Source: an uncultured Acidobacteriota bacterium (GTDB lineage Bacteria > Acidobacteriota > Thermoanaerobaculia > Multivoradales > UBA5704). Taken from it: DNA of 64,000 nucleotides. Positions 37,627 through 45,253 of the stretch are shown here, piece by piece (the stretch's first letter is position 1; each line of letters opens with the position of its first letter). The notes under the pieces were generated by a model. It did no database searches and was not told where the DNA came from. It worked only from the letters and a program-made list of their open reading frames with translations. The stretch covers positions 1,952,001-2,016,000 of the forward strand of contig CAVYRF010000002.1 in the NCBI GenBank assembly GCA_963770895.1, read 5' to 3'. The position numbers were made by a program, and so were the translations under genes.

Positions 37627-38685
37627 ATGGAGCGGAGCATGACGGCGATCGATCTCTTCGCCGGCGCCGGGGGGGGCACGGAGGGTCTGAAGGCGGCCGG
37701 CTTTCGGGTAGTCGCTGCCGTCGAAAACGACCGGACTGCGTGCAGGACTTACCGGCTCAACCATCCTGGCGTCGTCCTGATTGAACGCGACGTTCGGCGA
37801 GTCACCGGATCGGATCTTCTGCGCGCGGCTGGGTTGCGGAAGGGTGAGACGTGCCTGCTCCAGGCCTGCCCGCCGTGTCAGACGTGGTCGTCGCTTGGCT
37901 CTGCATCCGCTGAGGACCCGCGGAACCAGCTCGTGTCCGTCGTGTCCGAGCTAGTTCGGAAGATCCGCCCCCGTGCCTTCGTGATCGAGAACGTTCCCGG
38001 TCTGCGATTCGATGCGCGGCTCGCTGCTCTCGTTGCGGAGGCTGGACGCCAGCGGTTCCGAGTGCGGGCCTATGTCGTCGACGCGCAGGACGTTGGGGTG
38101 CCGCAACGCCGGCGCCGCCTGATTGTCATCGGCATCCGCAGTCGGCGGCAGGTGGAACTGCCCGAGTCGCTTTTGGACCTGCTGCCAGCCGAATTCGACT
38201 GCACCGCTCGGACAGTCCGCGATGCCATCGGCCACCTGCCAACGCCTGGCGTTGGCGACGATCAACTGCACCGCGGCAGAACCTTGACCGACCTCGTTAC
38301 GCAGCGCGTGGCCGCTCTTCCGCTGGCCGGGCGAAGGACCGACCTTCCAGAGCACCTTCAGCTTGCTTGCCACCAGAAGCTTAAGGGCCGGGTCGCAACC
38401 GCGGCGTATGGACGTATGGCGGCAACCGAAGTTGCTCCCACCCTGACGACTAGGTGCACCACTCCGGCGTGCGGCTCGTACGTGCACCCCTCCGAGAACC
38501 GGGGCATCACCCTGCGCGAGGCCGCGTTGCTCCAGACTTTTCCCGCGAGTTACCTTTTCAGCGGTGGCTACGGTGCGATCGAGCGGCAGATTGGCAACGC
38601 CATTCCCGTCCGCCTCGCCGAGGCTGCGGCCATGGCTGTGCGGACGCTTCTCGCGCCAGCGGGCGAAAGGCGACTCGGGACGTGA
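37627..38685 (+). CDS. DNA (cytosine-5)-methyltransferase
   Basis: Motifs I DLFAGAGG, IV PPCQ, VI ENV, VIII PQRRRR, IX REAALLQTFP, X QIGNAIP; start position uncertain. Confidence 0.95.
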   Translation: MERSMTAIDLFAGAGGGTEGLKAAGFRVVAAVENDRTACRTYRLNHPGVVLIERDVRRVTGSDLLRAAGLRKGETCLLQACPPCQTWSSLGSASAEDPRNQLVSVVSELVRKIRPRAFVIENVPGLRFDARLAALVAEAGRQRFRVRAYVVDAQDVGVPQRRRRLIVIGIRSRRQVELPESLLDLLPAEFDCTARTVRDAIGHLPTPGVGDDQLHRGRTLTDLVTQRVAALPLAGRRTDLPEHLQLACHQKLKGRVATAAYGRMAATEVAPTLTTRCTTPACGSYVHPSENRGITLREAALLQTFPASYLFSGGYGAIERQIGNAIPVRLAEAAAMAVRTLLAPAGERRLGT

Positions 38686-40724
38686 CGCCTAACTCTACGA
38701 ACGGGCCGTCCGCCACCACGACGGTGCCCGAGGCGCCGCTCGTCCTCAAATTCGGCGGCTCCCTAGTCGAGCAGCTCGGGGCGCAGCTATACCCCAGCGT
38801 GACCGCCACAGTGGCAGAGCTCCTATCCAATGCCTGGGACGCGGAGGCCAAGAACGTCTGGATCACAATGCCGTTTGGCGTGTGGCATGCCGACGACCGC
38901 ATCGTGGTGACGGACGACGGACATGGCATGACGCGATACGAGGCGCAGCACTCGTACCTCGTCGTGGGCCACAAGCGGCGCGGGGAAGGCCGAGGCGCGC
39001 TGTCTGCGAGTGGTCTGCGCCGCGTTCACGGACGCAAGGGCATCGGCAAGCTGGCGGCATTCGGCACGGCTGGCATCCTCGAATGCTCGACGCTAAAGAA
39101 CGGCCAGCACGTCGCCTTCAGGTTGAACTACGACGAAATCCGCAAGCTCGATCCATCGGCAGACTACACGGTAGAAGACGCGGTGGATCTTTCGGCACCG
39201 ACGAATCCAGAGAGCGGTTGCCCGCTCGAGCACGGCACCCGCATCAGCCTCTCGCGGCTGCTGCAGAAGAGGGCGCTCGGCGAGGGCCAGTTTTTCCGGT
39301 CCATGGCTCGGCGGTTCGCGATCTCGGCCGACGAGATGGCCGTGCGCATCAACGGTACGCCGCTTCAGCGGTTCGACATGAGCGTCCAATTCAGGTTCCC
39401 GCCGGACAGCATCCCCGAAGGCGTGGCGATCGCCAACGGCTGGGCGGTCGAGTCTATCGCGCCCGGCCACGAGGTGCGCTGGTGGATCGGTTTCACCGAG
39501 AAGCCCTTGGAAGACGAGACGCTTCAGGGCATCTCCGTCCTCGCCAATCAGAAGATGGCCCAGCGGCCGTTTCTATTCGACCGCTCGCGCGGCACTGAGG
39601 GACAGCTCGGACAGGAGTACCTCGTCGGCGAGGTGCAGGCCGATTGGATCGACGCCGGCACTGACGTCGAGGACGACCTCATCCAATCCAACCGAGACCA
39701 GCTCCAGATCGAAGACGACCGCCTCACGGTTTTCGTCGAGTGGGGACGCAGGCGCTTGGCGTGGGCACTGAAGGAGCGCAACCGGTTGCGGCAGGACGCC
39801 GCCGTGCGGGGCTTCGAGGCAAGCCAAGAGCTGCTCCAGCTGTTCGACCCCTACACGAGAACAGAGCGGGCACAACTTCTGCGGCTCGCGGTCAACGCCT
39901 CAAAGCTGCCGGAGATGACCGGCGACTCCCTCCTAGAGCTCATGCAGTCGGTCGTAGACGCGAGATCGGACGCCGCTGTGCGCCAACTGATCGAAGAGAT
40001 CGAAGCATCCGACGAAGCGGTGCAGCCCCGCATGTGGGGACTGGTCCGCCAGTTCGGCCTGATCGATGCCCGGCGTACCTTCAGCATCATCCAGGCTCGG
40101 CTGAAGACGATCAGCAAGCTGAAGGAAGCCCTTGCCGCTGGCGCCAAGGAGGTGCCCGACCTACATGACATCGTCAAGAAGGATCCTTGGCTCCTCGACC
40201 CTCGCTGGCACCTCCTCGACGACGAGGTCGACCTGACGAAGTTGGGCATCGACTTCCAGCCGGCGACCGACGAGACCGGCCACCGGCTCGACTTCATGTT
40301 CGCGCTCATGCCCAAATCGCCCGCCCCACTCGACGAGATCATCGTTGTGGAGATCAAGCGCGGATCCGATCTGCAGGGGAAAAAGCGCGTCGCAACCGAG
40401 GAGGAGGTCAACAAGTTCCACTCGTACGTCCTTGCGGCCAGGGAGCACGAGCAACGCAACGGCTCGCAAGCAAAGGTGCGGGGCCTCATGATCACCCAGG
40501 GCTACACGGCAAACGGCAACCGCGTCAAGCAGAGCCTGGAGGAGAACCCGACGATTGAGCTTCGCTTCAGGACGTGGGACCGCGTCATCGCCGAAACCGA
40601 GCGCATGCACCTCGGATGGCTGGAGGTTTCCCGGGCAAGGAGCCGAGCCGAGGAGCCGGAGCCTGAGTTGGTCGACGAGGATGCCGTGGTGGAAGCACCG
40701 TCTCCTGACCATCCTCAGAGGTGA
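38682..40724 (+). CDS. GHKL (MORC/MutL-like) ATPase fused to a C-terminal PD-(D/E)xK nuclease
   Basis: ELLSNAWDA, DDGHGM, GRKGIGKLA, HGT boxes; C-terminal RLDF...IIVVEIKRG; GTGA overlap with the MTase. Confidence 0.88.
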   Translation: MTPNSTNGPSATTTVPEAPLVLKFGGSLVEQLGAQLYPSVTATVAELLSNAWDAEAKNVWITMPFGVWHADDRIVVTDDGHGMTRYEAQHSYLVVGHKRRGEGRGALSASGLRRVHGRKGIGKLAAFGTAGILECSTLKNGQHVAFRLNYDEIRKLDPSADYTVEDAVDLSAPTNPESGCPLEHGTRISLSRLLQKRALGEGQFFRSMARRFAISADEMAVRINGTPLQRFDMSVQFRFPPDSIPEGVAIANGWAVESIAPGHEVRWWIGFTEKPLEDETLQGISVLANQKMAQRPFLFDRSRGTEGQLGQEYLVGEVQADWIDAGTDVEDDLIQSNRDQLQIEDDRLTVFVEWGRRRLAWALKERNRLRQDAAVRGFEASQELLQLFDPYTRTERAQLLRLAVNASKLPEMTGDSLLELMQSVVDARSDAAVRQLIEEIEASDEAVQPRMWGLVRQFGLIDARRTFSIIQARLKTISKLKEALAAGAKEVPDLHDIVKKDPWLLDPRWHLLDDEVDLTKLGIDFQPATDETGHRLDFMFALMPKSPAPLDEIIVVEIKRGSDLQGKKRVATEEEVNKFHSYVLAAREHEQRNGSQAKVRGLMITQGYTANGNRVKQSLEENPTIELRFRTWDRVIAETERMHLGWLEVSRARSRAEEPEPELVDEDAVVEAPSPDHPQR

Positions 40725-41233
40725 CGATGCAAGAGCCGTGCGGCACACTCGCCCCAGATCCCGAGCTGTCCCACAAGACGCGGAAGGTGCGTCCCCCATC
40801 AGCCCGCGACCGAGCGCGGCTGGTTGCTCAGCGGCGGCACGAGACGGCGCCCGAGATGGCCGTTCGTCGTGAGATGCACCGGCTCGGGCTTCGCTATCGC
40901 ACGCACGTTGCCGTTCTCGATGGGACGCGCAGGACCGTCGATATCGCGTTTACCAGGGTGCGCGTGGCCGTGGACGTTCGCGGCTGCTGGTGGCACGGCT
41001 GCCCCGTCCACGGATCGTTGCCGCGAGCGAACACCGAGTGGTGGGCGGCTAAGTTCGCTGCCGTACGGAGGCGCGACGAGGACACCGAGGTACGGCTGAG
41101 GCAAGCCGGATGGCATCTCGTCGTCGTCTGGGAACACGAGGACCCCGCCATCGCCGCACTGCGCATCGACGCCGCCGTCCGGGGCGGGGGCCTCGCGCGC
41201 CTCCTCCCTACATCCAGTCTCGACCTAGTTTAG
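40721..41233 (+). CDS. vsr: Very-short-patch repair endonuclease
   Basis: TAPE..VRR.MHR.GLRYR...DIAF...GCWWHGCP.H...P..N..WW..K...RRD...GW..V.VWEHE; GTGA overlap. Confidence 0.92.
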   Translation: MTMQEPCGTLAPDPELSHKTRKVRPPSARDRARLVAQRRHETAPEMAVRREMHRLGLRYRTHVAVLDGTRRTVDIAFTRVRVAVDVRGCWWHGCPVHGSLPRANTEWWAAKFAAVRRRDEDTEVRLRQAGWHLVVVWEHEDPAIAALRIDAAVRGGGLARLLPTSSLDLV

Positions 41234-41281
41234 CCGTAGTGCGAGGATCTCCTGCGCGGAACCCCCGTGTGCAGCTCCCGA

Positions 41282-41377
41282 GGACTTTTTGTTTTCCAAT
41301 TCGCGGGCGCACCCACGCTGCCGCGGTCCGGTCACTGGCTTAGTGGTGCTAGAGATTCAGACCCCCCTACTCCCCCC
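41282..41377 (-). other. Conserved non-coding cos/packaging-site-like motif, copy 2
   Basis: Minus strand GGGGGGAGTAGGGGGGTCTGAATCTCTAG...GTGACCGG...CCCGCGAATTGGAAAACAAAAAGTCC. Confidence 0.5.
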
Positions 41378-41577
41378 GACAAGCGTCAGATGCTCGCCAC
41401 GCTCGCCTAGCGAAGGGTGGAAACGGCTCCCGGACCTACTAGCCGCTAGCCTGCCGTGGTGGTCGTCATGCAGGGATCGCAGATGGTGAGGCAAGACACC
41501 GAACAGGCCTCAGTTGGGCGAGCTCCTGGCGCTTCGCGCAGCACCTGGGCGGTGAGCGTGGCTAGCGTCTCGCGGTT

Positions 41578-42189
41578 TGTTGCCGGCTGAGCAGACCCGC
41601 TGCTATTCGGTGAAGAACGCGTGTCACCGCCGCTGCTTAAATACCGCTGCTGGAGGGCGCCCTCGGCGTCGGCTGGTATTGAACCAGCGGTGGAGGGGTC
41701 GAAAGCGTAGGAACTCTGTCCGAACTGTTCCGCAGACTGGGCAGACTGGCGGCCGCGGTTCGGTATCGGGCGAGAGGAGGCCGGCAGGCTGGGGCGTATT
41801 GCGACACTGCTCCGTCACGACCGGTCGGCGCTCCGATTGGCGGTACCGGGCTTGGCGCTCTGCATGAAGCAGCCGTCCGCGTGGCGTAGCCTGGTGGCGC
41901 CTGTTGGATGCTCGCTGCTTCTCCCTGCGTGCGGCTCGCGCACACACCTTGCCGCAGTAGATGTTGCCTCGGTCGCACCCCGAGCAGATCGCGACCAATG
42001 CGCGACACCTGAGACAGCAGTACAAACGCTGAGCCTTCATGGTAGAGCCAGTCTACCGCCAGCCGCCGGCCCGCCGGTCCCCCTTGTCCACCCCCCCGGC
42101 GGGGATGATGCTGAGGGAACTTCACCACCTCCGATGGCTGAGAACTGCGTTCTTCACCGGATAGCAGCGGGTCTGCGCAGCCGCCAACA
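41578..42189. mobile_element. 612-bp non-autonomous IS21-like mini-element
   Basis: 43-bp TIRs (40/43 identical, TGT...ACA); 5-bp TSD CGGTT at 41573-41577 and 42190-42194; no transposase. Confidence 0.92.
41624..42040 (-). CDS. Cys-rich, Arg-rich putative zinc-finger protein (only ORF of the mini-element)
   Basis: CLRC..V.ICSGCDRGNIYCG..CAR.ARR...HAERQARYR...CPVC; I recall this type upstream of IS21-family istAB. Confidence 0.75.
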   Translation of the reverse strand: MKAQRLYCCLRCRALVAICSGCDRGNIYCGKVCARAARREKQRASNRRHQATPRGRLLHAERQARYRQSERRPVVTEQCRNTPQPAGLLSPDTEPRPPVCPVCGTVRTEFLRFRPLHRWFNTSRRRGRPPAAVFKQRR

Positions 42190-43132
42190 CGGTTGAATGC
42201 CAGTTTGGGGGACCGCTTCTGCATTTGGTTTCTCCTTTCGCCGAAAAGCCCTGATCAGACGAGATGACCGCGCGGCTTGAGGCGCCAATCGGCCCCACCA
42301 CCGCGCGGCAGAATTCTCGCATGAAAGAGGAGACGTGGGCGTCAAGGGTTCCGCGCCTGTCGCTAAGACCTGCACAGGACCACCACCAAAGTTCACAGAA
42401 TCGATTCCCTGAGGTAGGCAATCCGCGACGCCATGCTCATTTATCTACAGTGATTTACGCCTTGTTAGGTGCGATGGCTTGGGTGCGAGGCTGTGGTGGT
42501 TGGTAGAGACTCCGACCACCACAGCCAGCAACGCCAAATCCCCCGATCAACCTGGGCACGACACTGCCGACGATAAGGTATGCCCCGGCGCGCCCAGGCA
42601 AGCCCCGGCGGAAGAGAAGGGAAGGATGGCGGCGGGGCGGTTGGACGAACGCTGGAATGGTTGGCCCGATTCGTCGGATTACGGGCGGGCGTGCTGGCAG
42701 GTGACTGTCGCGGCGGGCACACCCCCTCCCATGCCTGGGAGGTGAGGTGTTAGGCGGGCGGCTGGGAAACCGCAGGGAAGGGCCTTTCAGGGCAGCCCTC
42801 GCCTTTCCGGGTTAGTCTTGTTTGCCGGGTCTAGCCCGGCGCCCAGGCATTCGACCGGGACGTGGGGGTCGAGGTGCTTGCGCACTCTCGGACGAGATCA
42901 AATACTCGTCGCCGTTGCCCGGATTTCCCCGTGCCTACCACTTTGCCGGCAGCGATCATTGCCAGCCCTGTTGAGCCTTTTCGGTCTTTCACCTTGGACA
43001 AGGCTTTTCCTATCGTAACCATCGCAACGCGGCCCGGCCCACTCTCCACAGTCGGCCGGGCCTATAGTCTTCAGCGGACCTGAAATTTCCGTCCAACAAA
43101 GCGTCAGTCGTGCAGCGGGGCCTTGCCGGTCC

Positions 43133-43342
43133 TCAGCCTGCGGCGGTCGTTGGAATCGCTCGCGGGCCGCGGGGAAGACTGGCGAGGAACTTGTCCAGGT
43201 CTTCGCGGAACCAGCCGGATGCATGCTCGCCCAGAATGACTCGCGGAGGGAGCTGTCCCGCTCGTTCGAGGCGATATAGAGACGCCCTGCTGAGGCCGAT
43301 GTAGACCGCTGCGGCGGCAGGGCGCAAAACTCTCTGTAGCAT
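43133..43342 (-). CDS. alpA: AlpA-family regulator/excisionase
   Basis: AAGGAGA RBS; VLRP.....IGLSRASLYRLERAGQLPPRV.LG..ASGW...DLD.F. Confidence 0.88.
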   Translation of the reverse strand: MLQRVLRPAAAAVYIGLSRASLYRLERAGQLPPRVILGEHASGWFREDLDKFLASLPRGPRAIPTTAAG

Positions 43343-43639
43343 CAAGATTCTCCTTGCTTGGCAGGCAGTGCGCCATGCGCTGCCTGGGACGCTCGGGGTA
43401 TCAATCGCACGCGTAAATTGAAACATGTCGGCTTGCCCCTTTGCAAGTTTGCTCATAATTCAATCGATGTCCTTCACAACACGTGCATGCACGTGCAGGA
43501 ACGCAATGTGCCAGGGCGGCTCATGGAGGATTAGCGGGTCCGCCGCCGGCAGCTCGCTCGATCTCAAAGTGAAGCATGGGAGGCTCGCCTTGTGCCACAT
43601 CCAATTGCAGCCTGCCCTGTGCAAAACTGGTGTAAGCCG

Positions 43640-44489
43640 GCCTTCGCCAAGTTGCTGGGTCTGGAAGGCCGCGGAGAGCAAATCCACGTTCACCGTATCG
43701 AACTGGCCTTGGATCATTCGGCCTCCAGTGCCGGCGCGGCGGCGGATGCAGCGGCGGAAGCGCCGATCCACGGGGCGCGCCAGCTGCCGGTCTGTAGGTC
43801 CATGAAGGCCAGGCAGCAGTGAGCCACAGCCTTGCCGCACTCCTGAGCCAGCCGCAGGATGTCCTTGTGGGATCTCGCCGGCGGCGTCCGGATGTCCAGC
43901 GCCCGAGTGTCCAGCGGCAGGGTGTCCGGCTCCCTGGTGTCCGGCGGCAGGGTGCCGTCTTCCGGCGGCCCTTCCTGGCCGGCTGGCCTTTGCTGGGCTC
44001 GGTAGAGATCCGTCAGGGTCAAACCCATGGCGGCCACGATGCGCCCGAGGGTGCGCGCACAGGGCTGGCGGATGCCCTGCTCGTATCGGGCCAGGGCCGT
44101 CGAGGTGCACCCGACCTGCGCGGCAAGCTGCCGCAGGGTCATACCCGTATCTCGGCGAAGTCTCAGGATCGCCAGCCCAACGAGCTGTGCTTCGTCGGCG
44201 TTCCGCTTCCGATGCCTCCCCTTTGCGGGTTGGGCCTTCATGACAGCTCTCCTTCGATTGAACCGGCCAGGTCGCCTACCTTTGCGGCGAGCTTGCCGGC
44301 GAAGTGGGCCAGGTCGTCGTCGGCCGGTTCCAGGCAAGAATCCTGGGCGGACTTGCGCACGGAGCGCAGGAAGCCTTCGACGAAGCGCAGCTCGGCAGCC
44401 GCGGCCCGCAGCTCGGCGCGGGTGATCGAGTCTTTGTCGGGGAAGTCGGTCGTCTCGACGGCCATGTCGTAGATGAGCCTCCCGACCTG
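43640..44489. repeat. Inverted homolog of 26750-27555
   Basis: Same three-gene block (hypothetical, XRE, start of MGxFDT gene) in the opposite orientation, with long identical stretches. Confidence 0.9.
43714..44241 (-). CDS. XRE-family HTH regulator (paralog of 26999-27481)
   Basis: LRLRRDTGMTLRQLAAQVGCTSTALARYEQG; carries extra 15-bp tandem units (PDTRE/PDTLP/LDTRA/LDIRT). Confidence 0.85.
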   Translation of the reverse strand: MKAQPAKGRHRKRNADEAQLVGLAILRLRRDTGMTLRQLAAQVGCTSTALARYEQGIRQPCARTLGRIVAAMGLTLTDLYRAQQRPAGQEGPPEDGTLPPDTREPDTLPLDTRALDIRTPPARSHKDILRLAQECGKAVAHCCLAFMDLQTGSWRAPWIGASAAASAAAPALEAE

Positions 44490-44597
44490 ACGGAGGGCTT
44501 CGCGGGACACGGGGTCGTCAATGCAGATCAGCGTCGTTTCCCGGAACGAATCGGCGGGGTTCCAGGGGTGAGGGGTAGACTGCGGGTGGTCGGGCAT
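44238..44597 (-). CDS. Hypothetical protein
   Basis: GGAGG RBS, ATG, coupled to the XRE gene; second partial copy at 26750-27002. Confidence 0.75.
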   Translation of the reverse strand: MPDHPQSTPHPWNPADSFRETTLICIDDPVSREALRQVGRLIYDMAVETTDFPDKDSITRAELRAAAAELRFVEGFLRSVRKSAQDSCLEPADDDLAHFAGKLAAKVGDLAGSIEGELS

Positions 44598-44974
44598 GGG
44601 ATGCCTCCGTGCTCGGCAAGTCCCCGGCGGGAGCTCGTTACTTCCGCCGGGGGCGTCTGACTGAAACGGGGGCGGCGCGTGCCGCCCCTCTGTGCTCTGG
44701 GTTCAGGTGGGAACGTGGCCTGCCGCACCAACGGGCCGGATCGTCTTGCTGCCAGCGCTGGCACCGGTAGCGCGCCGCGCGGCTGGACCGGCTGGGCGAC
44801 CACAGAATGTATACCTGCCGGCGGCTTGGAGCGGGTGGGAATGACGGCGTGCCTAATGCCAGGGGCGGCCGTCAACCGTCGTTCGTTTTCGCCCCTCATT
44901 CGCCCCTGGCAGACACGGTTGCCCGAGCCTTCGGAGGCGCTCCAGCGCAAATCGCTTAGATCGTTGGGGTTAGG

Positions 44975-45051
44975 TGGTGCACCCAGGAGGATTTGAACCC
45001 CCAACCTACAGATCCGTAGTCTGTCGCTCTATCCAGTTGAGCTATGGGTGC
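44975..45051 (-). tRNA. tRNA-Arg(ACG)
   Basis: GCACCCA TAGCTCAACTGGATAGAGC G ACAGA CT-ACG-GA TCTGT AGGTT GGGGG TTCAAAT CCTCC TGGGTGC ACCA; 77-nt cloverleaf with CCA. Confidence 0.97.
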
Positions 45052-45253
45052 ACGAGTGCGGCTTCGTGCGGAGCGGGAATTGTAGAGGATGGGGTCGTTG
45101 GGCCGCAAGAGGTGGGGGGGCGTGATTGGCTGGCTGGTGCAGGTTGGAAGCGCTCTGCGCCGGGGATGGCGTCAGGTTGGGCTGGGGCGGGAGCTGCGAC
45201 TGGGTTGGGGCTGGGTGGCGGCGGATGGTTGGGCTTGAAGGGTGCTGGGTGGG

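Larger units (their letters stand above)
41446..42224 (-). pseudogene. RiPP/lanthipeptide-like precursor P3 (53 aa when reconstructed), interrupted by the 612-bp element
   Basis: AAAGGAGA RBS; removing 41578-42189 and one TSD copy gives MQKRSPKLAFNRETLATLTAQVLREAPGA|RPTEACSVSCLTICDPCMTTTTAG*. Confidence 0.85.
35231..45023. mobile_element. 9.8-kb tRNA-Arg-integrated phage-satellite-like element
   Basis: att direct repeats, adjacent integrase, AlpA, XRE regulator, cos-like motif; no structural genes. Confidence 0.85.

Noticed and set aside
41637-42224. 195-aa ORF starting MQKRSPKLAFNR as a real protein
   Set aside because: It is the P3 start reading through into the inserted mini-element; the junction coincides with the TSD.
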